From contig JASGHJ010000002.1 in the NCBI GenBank assembly GCA_047602405.1, forward strand, positions 928,001-992,000: a stretch of DNA of 64,000 nucleotides, written 5' to 3'. The translations under genes were made by a program, and so were the position numbers. Position 1 is the first letter of the stretch. Each line of letters opens with the position of its first letter. The stretch comes from Anaeromyxobacteraceae bacterium (GTDB lineage: Bacteria; Myxococcota; Myxococcia; Myxococcales; Anaeromyxobacteraceae). The notes beneath the pieces are model-generated. The model was not told where the DNA came from and did no database searches. It was given only the letters and a program-made list of their open reading frames with translations. Shown here in pieces: positions 10,687 through 21,212 of this stretch.

Positions 10687-10768
10687 CAGAACCCCCCGAA
10701 AAGGCTAGGATTCCGACCGCCATGACCCGCGAGCCGTCCAGCGCGAGCGCCTCCACCGGGAGCGCGCC

Positions 10769-12088
10769 TTGAAGAAGCTCACCCCCCGCGATCAGGGTGC
10801 GGTGGAGCGCGTCGAGCACGCGATCCACGCCCTGCGCCTCGGGAAGATGATCATCCTCACCGACGACGAGGACCGCGAGAACGAGGGCGACCTCTGCCTC
10901 GCGGCCGAGAAGGTCACGCCCGCGGCCGTGAACTTCATGGCGAAGCACGGGCGCGGGCTCGTGTGCCTCTCGCTCACCGAGGAGAAGGTCCGCGCCCTGC
11001 GCCTGCCGCTCATGGTGGACGAGACCGCCAACACCTCCTCCTTCGGCACCGCCTTCACCGTCTCCATCGAGGCGCGGGAGGGCGTCTCGACCGGCATCAG
11101 CGCGAAGGACCGCGCCCACACCATCCTCACCGCGGTGAGGGACGACACCCGCCCCGAGGATCTCGCCCGGCCCGGGCACGTCTTCCCCCTGCGCGCGCGG
11201 CGGGGCGGGGTGCTCGTGCGCGCCGGCCAGACCGAGGGCTCGGTGGACCTCGCGCGGCTCGCGGGGCTGAAGCCCGCCGCCGTCATCTGCGAGGTCATGA
11301 AGGAGGACGGTACCATGGCGCGGCGGCCCGAGCTCGTCCGGCTCGCGCGGCGCCACGGCCTCCCGCTCGTCTCGGTGGCGGACCTCATCCGCTACCGGAT
11401 GCTGAAGGACACGCTCGTGCGGCGCGCCTCCGAGGCCCCGCTGCCCACCCAGTACGGCGAGTTCCGGGCGGTCGCCTACGAGAACGACGTCGACTCGCAC
11501 CAGCACGTCGCCCTCGTGAAGGGGCGCTGGCGCGCCGGCGAGCCGGTCCTCGTGCGCGTCCACTCGAAGTGCCTCACCGGCGACGTGTTCGCGAGCGAGC
11601 GCTGCGACTGCGGCCCCCAGCTCCACGCCGCGCTCGAGCAGATCGAGCGCGCCGGGAAGGGCATCCTGCTCTACCTGGACCAGGAGGGGCGCGGGATCGG
11701 CCTCGCCAACAAGCTGAAGGCGTACAACCTGCAGGACCAGGGCTACGACACCGCGGAGGCGAACGTCCGGCTGGGCTTCAAGCCGGACCTGCGCGACTAC
11801 GGCATCGGGGCCCAGATCCTGCGCGACCTGGGGGCGCGCCGCATGCGCCTCCTCACCAACAACCCGAAGAAGATCGTCGGGCTCGAGGGGTACGGCCTCG
11901 AGGTCGTGGAGCGCGTGCCGATCGAGATGCCGGCCGGGCCCCGCAACCGAGCCTACCTCGTCACGAAACGCGACAAGATGGGCCACCTGCTCACGCTCGC
12001 CTCCGCGGCGCCCGGCGCCGCCGGGCGCGTGAAGCCGGGCGCCGCGGCGAAGGTCCGGCCCGCCACGCGGGGAGGGAAGAGAACATGA
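10769..12088 (+). CDS. ribBA: bifunctional DHBP synthase / GTP cyclohydrolase II (start uncertain)
   Basis: [48 protein letters not shown]. Confidence 0.97.
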   Translation: MKKLTPRDQGAVERVEHAIHALRLGKMIILTDDEDRENEGDLCLAAEKVTPAAVNFMAKHGRGLVCLSLTEEKVRALRLPLMVDETANTSSFGTAFTVSIEAREGVSTGISAKDRAHTILTAVRDDTRPEDLARPGHVFPLRARRGGVLVRAGQTEGSVDLARLAGLKPAAVICEVMKEDGTMARRPELVRLARRHGLPLVSVADLIRYRMLKDTLVRRASEAPLPTQYGEFRAVAYENDVDSHQHVALVKGRWRAGEPVLVRVHSKCLTGDVFASERCDCGPQLHAALEQIERAGKGILLYLDQEGRGIGLANKLKAYNLQDQGYDTAEANVRLGFKPDLRDYGIGAQILRDLGARRMRLLTNNPKKIVGLEGYGLEVVERVPIEMPAGPRNRAYLVTKRDKMGHLLTLASAAPGAAGRVKPGAAAKVRPATRGGKRT

Positions 12089-12588
12089 ACGTCCACGAGG
12101 GCTCGCTCGTCGGGACGGGGCTGAAGGTGGCCCTGGTGGTGTCCCGCTTCAACTCGCTCGTCACCGAGGCGCTGCTCGGCGGCGCCACCGACGCCCTGCG
12201 CCGCCACGGCGTGAAGGACGGCGACGTCGAGGTCTTCCGGTGCCCCGGCACCTTCGAGATGGGCCCGCTCGTGCGGCGCGCCGCCTCGAGCGGCCGGTTC
12301 GACGCGGTGGTGGCGCTCGGCTGCATCGTCCGCGGCGGCACGCCCCACTTCGAGTACGTCTCCGCCGAGGCCGTGAAGGCCGTGGCCCAGGTGGCGATGG
12401 AGGCGGACTGCGCCGTGTCGCTCGGCGTCCTCACCACCGACAGCATGGAGCAGGCGCTCGAGCGGGCCGGCATGAAGGCCGGCAACAAGGGCGCCGAGGC
12501 GGCGGTGGCGGCCATCGAGCAGGCGAACGTGCTCCGCTCCTCGGGCCTCGCGCAGGCGGGCAAGCCCTCGCGCGAGAAGGGCGTCTAG
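12085..12588 (+). CDS. ribH: lumazine synthase
   Basis: [23 protein letters not shown]. Confidence 0.96.
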   Translation: MNVHEGSLVGTGLKVALVVSRFNSLVTEALLGGATDALRRHGVKDGDVEVFRCPGTFEMGPLVRRAASSGRFDAVVALGCIVRGGTPHFEYVSAEAVKAVAQVAMEADCAVSLGVLTTDSMEQALERAGMKAGNKGAEAAVAAIEQANVLRSSGLAQAGKPSREKGV

Positions 12589-13013
12589 TGACCTCCAGGC
12601 GGACGAAGGCCCGCGAGCGCGCGCTGCAGGCGCTCTACCAGATCGACGTGGCGGCCGAGGGCATCGACGACGCCCTGGCCCGGTTCTGGAAAAGCTTCGA
12701 GCCGGTGGAGCGCGAGGTGATGGACCTGTGCGAGGGGCTGGTGCGCGGCGTGGCGGCCGAGCGCCGGGCCGTCGACCAGGCGATCGAGCAGGTGTCCACC
12801 AACTGGCGCCTCGACCGGATGGCCAAGGTCGACCGGAACGTCCTGCGGCTCGCCGTGTACGAGTTGCTGCGCACGGACGTTCCTGTGAAGGTGGTGATCA
12901 ACGAGGCCATCGAGCTCGGCAAGAAGTACGGCTCCGAGAGCTCGGGCGCCTTCGTGAACGGCGTGCTCGACAAGGTGGCCTCCGGGCTGCCGGCCGGGCG
13001 GCGGGAGAAGTAG
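12588..13013 (+). CDS. nusB: transcription antitermination factor NusB
   Basis: [34 protein letters not shown]; follows ribH. Confidence 0.96.
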   Translation: MTSRRTKARERALQALYQIDVAAEGIDDALARFWKSFEPVEREVMDLCEGLVRGVAAERRAVDQAIEQVSTNWRLDRMAKVDRNVLRLAVYELLRTDVPVKVVINEAIELGKKYGSESSGAFVNGVLDKVASGLPAGRREK

Positions 13014-13032
13014 GCGCGAGGAGGCAGGGACG

Positions 13033-13614
13033 GTGACGCTCAGGATCGAGGTGGCGGACCTCTCGCTCGCGGCGATCGACGCGCTCGACGTGGACGCGGT
13101 CGCGGTCTTCGTCGGGCCCGACCGGCCGCTGCAGGGCTTCGCCGGCTACCTCGACTGGCGGCTCTGCGGCGCCATCTCCCGGGCCATCCGGGCGGGCACC
13201 TTCGACGGCGCCGACGGCGAGGCGCTGCTCCTCCCGTCCGGCGGCCGCATCGCCCCGCCCCGGGTCTTCTGCTTCGGCCTCGCGGCCGTCGAGCTCGGCC
13301 CCGATCGCTTCCTCTCCGCCTCCCGCGGCGCCTGCGAGGCGATGGTCCGCGCCGGCAGCGAGGCCTTCGCGACCTCCCCGCCCGCGCTCGCCGGCGGCGA
13401 CGCCGCGCTCGCGGCGCGGCTCTGGCTGGAGGCCGCGCTCGTGCGCCCGGCGCGCCGGATGGTGCTCCTCGGCGAGCCGCGCACCTGGCAGCGCGAGCTC
13501 GGGTCGGCGGTCGGCGAGACGGGGGCCGACGTCGAGGTGTACGCGCCGCCCTCCCGCGTCGAGATGCCTCCGCGGGCGCGCGCGTTGCCGCACGTGGGCG
13601 GCGTGGTACGCTGA
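13033..13614 (+). CDS. stand-alone M17 aminopeptidase N-terminal-like protein
   Basis: DRPLQGFAGYLDWRLCGAISR...GEALLLP resembles this family; no catalytic domain. Confidence 0.65.
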   Translation: MTLRIEVADLSLAAIDALDVDAVAVFVGPDRPLQGFAGYLDWRLCGAISRAIRAGTFDGADGEALLLPSGGRIAPPRVFCFGLAAVELGPDRFLSASRGACEAMVRAGSEAFATSPPALAGGDAALAARLWLEAALVRPARRMVLLGEPRTWQRELGSAVGETGADVEVYAPPSRVEMPPRARALPHVGGVVR

Positions 13615-13651
13615 CGGGCGTCCCGGGGGCCCATCCGCCCACCGCCCGCTC

Positions 13652-15790
13652 ATGGCCGATCGCTCCCAGAAGCTCTCCGACTTCCTCTCCGAGGCCCAGG
13701 AGACGATCGACACCCTCGGCAAGGGGCTCATGAACCTCGAGGGCCGCGGGCAGGGCGAGCCCGACCCCGAGGTCCTGAACGGCGTCTTCCGCGCGGCCCA
13801 CACGCTGAAGGGCCTCTCGGCGATGTTCGGCGTCGAGCGCATGACCCGGCTCGCCCACGCGCTCGAGGACGTCCTCGACGACCTGCGCATGGGGCGTCGC
13901 GCGCTCGACCGCGGCACGCTCGACCTGTTGCTCGAGGCCCCCGAGGTCTTCTCCCGCATCATCGCCGAGGAGGCGGAGGGCGTCGCCCCGGCGACCACCG
14001 ACGCCGCGGAGGGGCTCACCGTGCGCCTCCGCGGCAGCGCCGCGAAGGCCGCCCAGGCCGGCGCCGACCCGCTCGACTCGGTGGCCCTCGGCGCGGACGT
14101 CCGCGGTGTCCTCACCGAGTACGAGGAGCACCGCCTCCGCGCGAACCTCCAGCGCGGCGCGGCGCTCCACCGGGTGCGGGTCTCCTTCAGCCTCGAGGAC
14201 TTCGACGCCCGGCTCTCCGATCTCAACGGCCGCCTGAAGCGGATCGGGGAGGTCGTCTCCACGCTGCCGTCGACCGACGCCTCCGACCCGGCCGCCATCG
14301 GGTTCGTGCTGCTCTTCGCGACGAGGGAGGTCACCGCCTCCATCTCGCGCGAGGCGGGGCCCGGGGCGATCGTCGAGCCGGTGCCGAGGGTGGGGGGCGC
14401 CGTCGAGGCGCCCGCGCCCCTCGAGGCGCCGCGCCCGGCCCGCGACCACGCGGCGCCGCCCCCGGAGGCGCCCTCCCGCGCGGCCCCGGCGGCGGAGGGC
14501 GAGCCGCCGTCCCGCGCCGCGCCGCGGCTCTCGCCGACCGGCGAGCCGCCTCAGGAGGAGACGGTCTCCCTCCGCTCCGTGTCGCAGGCGGTGCGGGTCG
14601 ACATCCGCAAGCTCGACAAGCTCATGAGCGTGGTCGGCGAGCTCGTCCTCGTGAAGTCGTCGCTGCTGGCGGTCGCGGAGCGGCTCAAGTCGGAGGGCGG
14701 TGACCCGGTCGTCACCGGCGAGCTCCTGCGCGCGAACCGCAGCCTCGAGCGCAAGCTCGACGAGCTGCAGAACGGCATCCTCGAGGTCCGGATGGTGCCG
14801 CTCGAGCAGATCTTCGACAAGCTCGCGCGCATGGTCCGGAAGACCGCGAGGGACCTCGGCAAGGAGATCGACTTCGAGGTGGCGGGCGGGGACGTCGAGC
14901 TCGACAAGCTCATCGTCGAGGACCTCTCCGATCCGCTCATGCACCTCATCCGCAACGCGATCGATCACGCCATCGAGGCGCCCGACCGCCGCGTGGCCGC
15001 GGGGAAGCCGGCCGCCGGCCGGGTGCGTCTCCTCGCCTCGCAGCGGGGCAACCACGCCGAGATCGTGGTGGAGGACGACGGGGCGGGCATCGACGAGGAG
15101 CGGGTGCGGGAGGTGGCCATCGAGCGCGGCATCGCGACCGCCGAGATGGTGCGCGACATGGGGCGCCGCGACCTCGTGAACCTGATCTTCGCGCCGGGCT
15201 TCTCGACCGCGAAGTCGGTCACCGCGCTCTCCGGCCGCGGCGTCGGCCTCGACGTCGTGAAGAACAACATCTCGAACCTGTCCGGCATCATCGACCTCAC
15301 CACCGAGGCCGGGCGGGGGACGCGCTTCGTCATCACGCTGCCGCTGACGCTCGCGATCATCCGGGCGCTGGTGGCGAGCGTCTCGGGGCGCACCTACGCC
15401 ATCCCGCTCAACAGCGTGCTGGAGATCCTGGAGCTCAGGGCCCGCGACGTGCGCACGCTCTCCACGCGCGAGGTCATCTCGCTGCGCGGCTCGACGCTCC
15501 CGCTGGTGCGGCTCGGCCGGCTCTTCGGCCACGCGGCCGGTCCGCCGCGCGACGTGCTCTACGTGATCGTGGTCGGGCTCGCGCAGCAGCGGGTCGGCAT
15601 CGCGGTGGACGACCTCGTGACCCAGCAGGACATCGTGGTGAAGGCGCTCGGCGCGCAGCTGTCCGGCGTGAAGGGCATCGCGGGCGCGACCGACCTCGGC
15701 AACCGCCAGGCGGTGCTGGTGCTCGACGTCGGCGCGATCATCGAGGAGGTCGTCCAGGGTCCGGACGCGCTCCGCGAGGCGGTCGGGTAG
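13652..15790 (+). CDS. cheA: chemotaxis histidine kinase CheA
   Basis: Hpt FRAAHTLKG, HLIRNAIDH, PGFSTA, GRGVGLDVV, C-terminal CheW-like domain. Confidence 0.97.
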   Translation: MADRSQKLSDFLSEAQETIDTLGKGLMNLEGRGQGEPDPEVLNGVFRAAHTLKGLSAMFGVERMTRLAHALEDVLDDLRMGRRALDRGTLDLLLEAPEVFSRIIAEEAEGVAPATTDAAEGLTVRLRGSAAKAAQAGADPLDSVALGADVRGVLTEYEEHRLRANLQRGAALHRVRVSFSLEDFDARLSDLNGRLKRIGEVVSTLPSTDASDPAAIGFVLLFATREVTASISREAGPGAIVEPVPRVGGAVEAPAPLEAPRPARDHAAPPPEAPSRAAPAAEGEPPSRAAPRLSPTGEPPQEETVSLRSVSQAVRVDIRKLDKLMSVVGELVLVKSSLLAVAERLKSEGGDPVVTGELLRANRSLERKLDELQNGILEVRMVPLEQIFDKLARMVRKTARDLGKEIDFEVAGGDVELDKLIVEDLSDPLMHLIRNAIDHAIEAPDRRVAAGKPAAGRVRLLASQRGNHAEIVVEDDGAGIDEERVREVAIERGIATAEMVRDMGRRDLVNLIFAPGFSTAKSVTALSGRGVGLDVVKNNISNLSGIIDLTTEAGRGTRFVITLPLTLAIIRALVASVSGRTYAIPLNSVLEILELRARDVRTLSTREVISLRGSTLPLVRLGRLFGHAAGPPRDVLYVIVVGLAQQRVGIAVDDLVTQQDIVVKALGAQLSGVKGIAGATDLGNRQAVLVLDVGAIIEEVVQGPDALREAVG

Positions 15791-15799
15791 GGCGCCCGG

Positions 15800-16624
15800 G
15801 TGTACCTCGAGCACTACGGCCTCCTCCGGAAGCCCTTCGGGAAGACGCCCGACCCGGAGTTCATGTTCCCGTCGCGCCAGCACGCCGAGGCGCTCGCCCG
15901 GCTCTCGCACGCGGTCGAGGAGCGCGAGATCGCGGTCCTGACCGGCGAGGTCGGCGCCGGCAAGACCATGCTCACCCGCGCGCTCGTCGATGCCTTCGCC
16001 GACCGCTGCCGGTTCAGCTTCGTCGTGAACCCGGCCCTGCCGCCGGCCCAGCTCCTCGGGGCGGTGGCCGAGGGCTTCGGCCTCGCGAACCCGAGGCGGA
16101 AGGCCGACGCCTTCTCGGCCGTCGCCGAGCACGTGGCGCGGGTCGACGAGCAGGGGCACTTTGCGGTGGTGGTCGTCGACGAGGCCCAGCTCCTCGCCGG
16201 GCGGGGCGCCTTCGACGAGCTCCGCCTGCTCACCAACGTCTGCGCCGACGACCGCGCGCTCGTGGGGCTCGTCCTCGTGGGGCAGCCCGAGCTGAGGGAC
16301 CGGATCGCCGACCGGGGGGGCGCCGCCTTCGCCCAGCGGGTGGGGGTCGCCTACCACCTCGGGCCCCTCGACGCCGAGGAGACCTCCCGCTACGTGACCC
16401 ACCGCCTCGCGGTGGCCGGCCGGACCCGTCCGCTCTTCACGCCCGACGGGCTCGCCGCGCTGCACCGCGTCTCGGGCGGCGTTCCACGGGTCGTCAACCA
16501 GTACGCCGCCTCGGCGCTCCTCGAGGGCTTCGCCCGGGACGCCGATATCCTGTCGGCGGATGTGGTCGAGGCGGCCGCGCAGGATCTCGCCGCGCAGTTG
16601 GGCCCGGCCGTTCGGGCGCGGTAG
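15800..16624 (+). CDS. ExeA/MshM-family AAA ATPase
   Basis: MYLEHYGL..PF..TPDP N-terminus, GEVGAGKT, VVVDEAQ, LVGQPEL, SGGVPR. Confidence 0.9.
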   Translation: MYLEHYGLLRKPFGKTPDPEFMFPSRQHAEALARLSHAVEEREIAVLTGEVGAGKTMLTRALVDAFADRCRFSFVVNPALPPAQLLGAVAEGFGLANPRRKADAFSAVAEHVARVDEQGHFAVVVVDEAQLLAGRGAFDELRLLTNVCADDRALVGLVLVGQPELRDRIADRGGAAFAQRVGVAYHLGPLDAEETSRYVTHRLAVAGRTRPLFTPDGLAALHRVSGGVPRVVNQYAASALLEGFARDADILSADVVEAAAQDLAAQLGPAVRAR

Positions 16625-16647
16625 ACTCGCGCGACGGCGGGCCATCC

Positions 16648-17739
16648 GTGGACTTCCTGCGCATCCGCGACAAGGCGAAGAAGGCGAAGGCCGCCTCGGA
16701 GGCGAAGCCGGCGGAGGCGCCCGTGGCGGCGTCGTCGCCGGAGCCGGTCGCGACCGCCGCCCGGCCGCCGCCCGCGCCGCCCGAGCCGCTCCCGGCCGCC
16801 CCGCCGCCGGCGCCCGCGCCCGCCGTCGAGGACGGCTGGAACCTCGCCGCCCCGCCGCCCCTGATCCCCGTGCAGCCGGCGAGCGAGGTCGACGCCCTCG
16901 AGGGCGCGCTCGCGGCCCGCCTCCAGGGGTTGCCGCCCGCGGGCACCGCCGTCCACTTCGCGACCTGGCGTCCCGGCGCCGGCGCGCCGCCCGACGTGCC
17001 GGCCGGGCAGGCCCCGGCGTCCGACCCGCTCACCCCCTCCGACTTCCAGTTCGTCCGCCCGCCGCAGACCTCCGCGCGGGAGCCCTTCCAGCCGCCGCTC
17101 CGCGCGCCGCCGCCCGTCGATCCCGACCCGTTGCCCGCCGCGATCGTCCCGCCGCGGCCGCCGGCGGCCGACCCGCTCGACGAGTTCCTGTACCGGGACG
17201 ACGAGGACGCGCCGGCGGTGCCCGGCTTCGAGGGCGCGCTCGAGGAGGCCGCCCGCCCCGCCGCCGCCGACGTCCGGGAGGAGTACATCACCTTCCTGCT
17301 CGGCGCCGAGGAGTACGCCGTGGCCATCGAGCGCGTGCGCGAGGTGCTCCGCTGCCCGCCCCTCACCGAGGTGCCGCGCGCGCCGAACCACGTGCGCGGG
17401 GTGGTGTCGGTGCGCGGCGAGGTGGTGGCGGTCGTCGAGCCGCGGCGCCGGCTCGGGCTGCCCGACGCGGAGCGCGCGCCGGAGAGCTCGCGCCTGCTCG
17501 TGGTGGACGTGGGCGACGGCCCGGTGGGCCTGCTCGTCGACGCCGTGTCGAGCGTGGTCCGCCTCAAGCCCGGCAGCATCGAGCCGTGCCCGCAGGGCAT
17601 CGGCGGGGCGAGCCAGGAGTTCCTCGCCGGCATCGGGCGCGAGGCGGACCGCCTCTTCACCGTGCTCGATCTCGGCGCGCTGCTGCGGCGCTCGGCCGCG
17701 CTCCGCCGCCGCCCCGAGGGAGCGCCACGTGCCGGCTGA
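16648..17739 (+). CDS. cheW: CheW protein with long Pro/Ala-rich N-terminal extension
   Basis: C-terminal CheW domain (YAVAIERVREV, GVVSVRGEV). Confidence 0.85.
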   Translation: MDFLRIRDKAKKAKAASEAKPAEAPVAASSPEPVATAARPPPAPPEPLPAAPPPAPAPAVEDGWNLAAPPPLIPVQPASEVDALEGALAARLQGLPPAGTAVHFATWRPGAGAPPDVPAGQAPASDPLTPSDFQFVRPPQTSAREPFQPPLRAPPPVDPDPLPAAIVPPRPPAADPLDEFLYRDDEDAPAVPGFEGALEEAARPAAADVREEYITFLLGAEEYAVAIERVREVLRCPPLTEVPRAPNHVRGVVSVRGEVVAVVEPRRRLGLPDAERAPESSRLLVVDVGDGPVGLLVDAVSSVVRLKPGSIEPCPQGIGGASQEFLAGIGREADRLFTVLDLGALLRRSAALRRRPEGAPRAG

Positions 17740-18268
17740 GGCCGCCCGCGCCGCGGAGGCGCTCGTCGAGCTCTTCACCTTTCGTGTGGACCGCGAGGAC
17801 TACGCCGTCGACATCCGGCGCGTGCGCGAGATCCTCCACCCGCTGCCCGTGACCCCGGTGCCGCGCGCCCCGGCGTTCGTCGAGGGCGTGGTCCGCCTGC
17901 GCGGCGACGTCCTCCCGGTCGTGGACGTCCGCAAGCGCTTCGGGCTGCCCCCGCTCCCGGAGGGGAAGCGCGGGAAGTTCCTCGTCGTGGCGGTCGGCGG
18001 GCGCCGGCTCGTCCTCGTCGTCGACCAGGTGGCCGAGGTGCTGCGGGTGCCGCGCTCGGACATCCGTCCGGCGCCCGCGTTCGCGACGCCCGGGCCCCGC
18101 TTCTTCCTCGGCGTCTGCGGCGGGGAGGGGAAGGCGGCCTCCGGCCGGCGGCCCGCGACCGCGAGCCGGATCCGGCTGCTCCTCAACGTGAAGGCGCTCC
18201 TCGAGCCCGAGACGCCCGGCGAGCTCGAGGCCGCCCGTGCCCAGGCCGAGGCGGCGAGGCGGGCATGA
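17729..18268 (+). CDS. cheW: CheW coupling protein
   Basis: VPRAPAFVEGVVRLRGDVLPVVD. Confidence 0.9.
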   Translation: MPAEAARAAEALVELFTFRVDREDYAVDIRRVREILHPLPVTPVPRAPAFVEGVVRLRGDVLPVVDVRKRFGLPPLPEGKRGKFLVVAVGGRRLVLVVDQVAEVLRVPRSDIRPAPAFATPGPRFFLGVCGGEGKAASGRRPATASRIRLLLNVKALLEPETPGELEAARAQAEAARRA

Positions 18269-20328
18269 CGGGCGACGGGGAGGCGCGGGCGCGCGCGGGG
18301 GACGAGGAGGCCCGCTACCGCGCGGTGACCGCGCTCGACCCGGCCGCGCCCGGCGGCCTGGCCGCGCTCCTCGCCGGCCTCGCCGACGACAGCTGGCGCG
18401 TCCGCGCCGCGGTGGTGGAGCGGCTCGCCTCTGCGGACCCGGACGCCGTGGTGGGGCCGCTCGCGGGCGCGCTCTCCTCGGAGGCCGGCATCGGCGCCCG
18501 CGACGCGGCCTCCGCCGCGCTCGTCCGCATCGGCGCCCCCGCGGTGCCGGCGCTGCTCGGCGCGCTCGGCGCCACGGACGCCGACCTCCGCCAGGCCGCG
18601 GTGCACACGCTCGGGCTCGTCGGCGATCGCCGCGCCGCGGGCCCGCTCGCGGGCGCGCTCGCCGACGCCGACCTCAACGTCCGGGCCGCGGCGGCGGAGG
18701 CGCTCGCGCGGGTGGGCGGCCCCGAGGCGGGCGCGGCGCTCCGCGGGCTCCTCGCCTCGGGCGACACCTCGCTGCGCCTCGCCGCCGTCGAGGGGCTCTC
18801 GGCGCTGGGGGTCTGGCCGGACGGCCTCGAGGTGAAGACGCTCCTCTCCGACCCCGCGCTGCGGCGGCCGGCGCTGCGCCTCCTCGGCGCGTGCGACGAC
18901 CCCGCGGCCGCGGCGCACGTCGCGGCCGGCCTGCTCGAGCGGTCGCGCTCCGCGCGCGAGGCGGCGCTCGCCGCGGTCGGGCGCCAGCGCTCCCGGCGCG
19001 GGCTCGCGGCCCTCGCGCCGCTCGCGGCGGCGGTCCGCGGCTGCCTGGGCGGCTCGCCCGCGGCGCTCGACGCCTGCGCCGAGGCGCTCGGCGCCGAGGA
19101 GCCCTGGGTCGCGATGGGCGCCCTCACCGTGCTCGGCTGGGCGGGGGCGCCGAGGCACGCCCGGCCGGCGCTGCGGCTCGCGGAGGACGAGCGCTACCGG
19201 GCGCTCGTCGAGGAGCTGCTCGCGTCGCTGCCGCAGGACGCCGAGCTCCGGATCGCGGTCGCCGACGCCCTGCCCGAGCTCGGCCCGGCCGCGCGCGTGG
19301 CGGGCCTCGCGGCGCTCGCGCGGCTCGGCAGCCCCGCGTCGCTCGAGAGCCTGGTGCGCGAGGCGTCGGATCCCGAGTCCTACGTGCAGGCGGACGCGGT
19401 GGCGGCGCTCGGCCGGATCGCCGACGCGCGCGTCATCTCGCCGCTCGCGGGCCTCCTCGGCGACGAGCAGCCCGCCGTGGCGGGCGTCGCCTCCGCGGCG
19501 CTCGTCGAGCTCGGCAAGGCCGGTGGCCCGGCCGCCGCCGCGACGCTCGCGGCCCTCCGCGCGCGCGCCGTCACCCGGCCCTCCGCGGCCCTCTACCGCG
19601 CCCTCGGGGCGCTCGGCGACGGCGACGACCTGCCCACCCTCGCGGGCGGGCTCGGCGCGGGCGAGACGGCCCGCCGCGCCGCGTCCGCCGCCGCGCTCGC
19701 GGCGCTCGCCGCCCGGGGCGTCCCGGCCGCCGGGCGGGCCATGCCGGCGCTCGTCGAGGCGCTCGGCGACGCGGCGTGGGCGGTGCGGGCCGCCGCGGCG
19801 AAGGCGCTCCTCGAGGTGGCCCGCGCCGAGACCGAGCGCGGGCGGCCGGCGCCAGCCGGGGCCGCGGCGCGGCTCGCCGCGGCGCTCGCCGACCCGGAGC
19901 CCGCGGTGCGGGCGGCCGCGGCCGAGGCGCTCGGGGCGGCCGGCGGGGCCGAGCACGAGGCCTCGCTCGGGCGGCTCGCCGAGGACGGCGGCGCCCCGGC
20001 GCAGGTGGTGGTGGCCGCGCTCCGGGCGCTCGCGGCCCGCGGGGCGCTCACTGCCGCGCGGCTGGTGCGGGCCTCGGCGCACGCGGATCCCGAGGTGGCG
20101 AAGGTCGCGGTCGCGGCCGCCGCGCCGCTCGCCGGACCGGACGCCGAGGCGGTCATCGTCTCGGCGGCGGACAGCGCCCGCTGGGACGTGCGGCGCGCCG
20201 CCGCGCTCGCACTCGCCGCCCGCGGCGACCGGGCGCTCGGCCCGCTCGCCCGGCGCCACGCCGCCGAGGACCCGGACCCGCTCGTCGCGCGCGCCTTCGC
20301 GGACGCCGCCCAGGCGCTGGAGCGCTGA
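18265..20328 (+). CDS. HEAT-repeat protein
   Basis: Repeated L-x-D-x-x-x-x-VRxAAAxAL units. Confidence 0.88.
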   Translation: MTGDGEARARAGDEEARYRAVTALDPAAPGGLAALLAGLADDSWRVRAAVVERLASADPDAVVGPLAGALSSEAGIGARDAASAALVRIGAPAVPALLGALGATDADLRQAAVHTLGLVGDRRAAGPLAGALADADLNVRAAAAEALARVGGPEAGAALRGLLASGDTSLRLAAVEGLSALGVWPDGLEVKTLLSDPALRRPALRLLGACDDPAAAAHVAAGLLERSRSAREAALAAVGRQRSRRGLAALAPLAAAVRGCLGGSPAALDACAEALGAEEPWVAMGALTVLGWAGAPRHARPALRLAEDERYRALVEELLASLPQDAELRIAVADALPELGPAARVAGLAALARLGSPASLESLVREASDPESYVQADAVAALGRIADARVISPLAGLLGDEQPAVAGVASAALVELGKAGGPAAAATLAALRARAVTRPSAALYRALGALGDGDDLPTLAGGLGAGETARRAASAAALAALAARGVPAAGRAMPALVEALGDAAWAVRAAAAKALLEVARAETERGRPAPAGAAARLAAALADPEPAVRAAAAEALGAAGGAEHEASLGRLAEDGGAPAQVVVAALRALAARGALTAARLVRASAHADPEVAKVAVAAAAPLAGPDAEAVIVSAADSARWDVRRAAALALAARGDRALGPLARRHAAEDPDPLVARAFADAAQALER

Positions 20329-20330
20329 CC

Positions 20331-21212
20331 GTGTGGCGCCCGGACCCGACGACCCCGGTCCTCGACGAGCAGTCCTTCCGGCTGCTCCGCGATCTCGTGC
20401 ACCGCCACTCCGGGCTCTGGTTCCGCGACGACGCGATGTACCTCGTCGAGCGCCGGCTCGGGCCGCGCCTGCAGGCGCTGGGGCTCCGGGACTTCGAGGC
20501 CTACCACCAGCACCTCCTCTTCAGCCCGGAGCGCGCCGAGGAGCTCGAGGGGGCGGTGGAGCTGCTCACCACGAACGAGACGTACCTCTACCGGGAGCCC
20601 CTCCAGCTCCAGGCGTTCCGCACCGAGATCCTCCCGCGCGTGGCGCGCGAGCTCGCGGGGCGGCGCCAGCTGCGGATCCTCTCGGCGGGCTGCTCGACCG
20701 GCGAGGAGCCCTACACGATCGCGGTGCTCGTGAAGGAGTCGAGGCTCTTCGCGGGGTGGGACGTCGAGATCGTCGGCGCCGACCTCTCCCGCCGCTGCAT
20801 CGCCCAGGCGAAGCTGGGCGCCTACCCGGAGAGCGCCTTCCGGTCGCCCGAGGCGGAGGTGCTCCGCCCGTGGTTCGAGCTCCGCGGTGGGAAGTGGATC
20901 GTCGCGGAGGAGCTGCGCCGCTCGGTGCGCTTCGTCCGCGAGAACCTCGTCGCCCCCCGGGCGCTCTCCACCGTGGGGCTCCTCGACGTCGTCCTCTGCC
21001 GCAACGTGCTCATCTACTTCGACGCCGACGCGCGCAAGCGGGCGCTCCGCCGGCTCTACGAGCGCATGCGCGGCGGGGGCTGGCTGCTCCTCGGCCACTC
21101 CGAGTCGCTCCTCGGCTCCACCGCCGACTTCGAGCTCGAGCACCTCCGGGAGGACCTCGTGTACCGCCGCCCGGCCGGGCCGGTGGGCGCCGGGCCGGAG
21201 GATGGCGCGTGA
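20331..21212 (+). CDS. cheR: chemotaxis methyltransferase CheR
   Basis: TTNETYLYRE, SAGCSTGEEPYT, CRNVLIYFD, LLGHSE. Confidence 0.95.
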   Translation: MWRPDPTTPVLDEQSFRLLRDLVHRHSGLWFRDDAMYLVERRLGPRLQALGLRDFEAYHQHLLFSPERAEELEGAVELLTTNETYLYREPLQLQAFRTEILPRVARELAGRRQLRILSAGCSTGEEPYTIAVLVKESRLFAGWDVEIVGADLSRRCIAQAKLGAYPESAFRSPEAEVLRPWFELRGGKWIVAEELRRSVRFVRENLVAPRALSTVGLLDVVLCRNVLIYFDADARKRALRRLYERMRGGGWLLLGHSESLLGSTADFELEHLREDLVYRRPAGPVGAGPEDGA

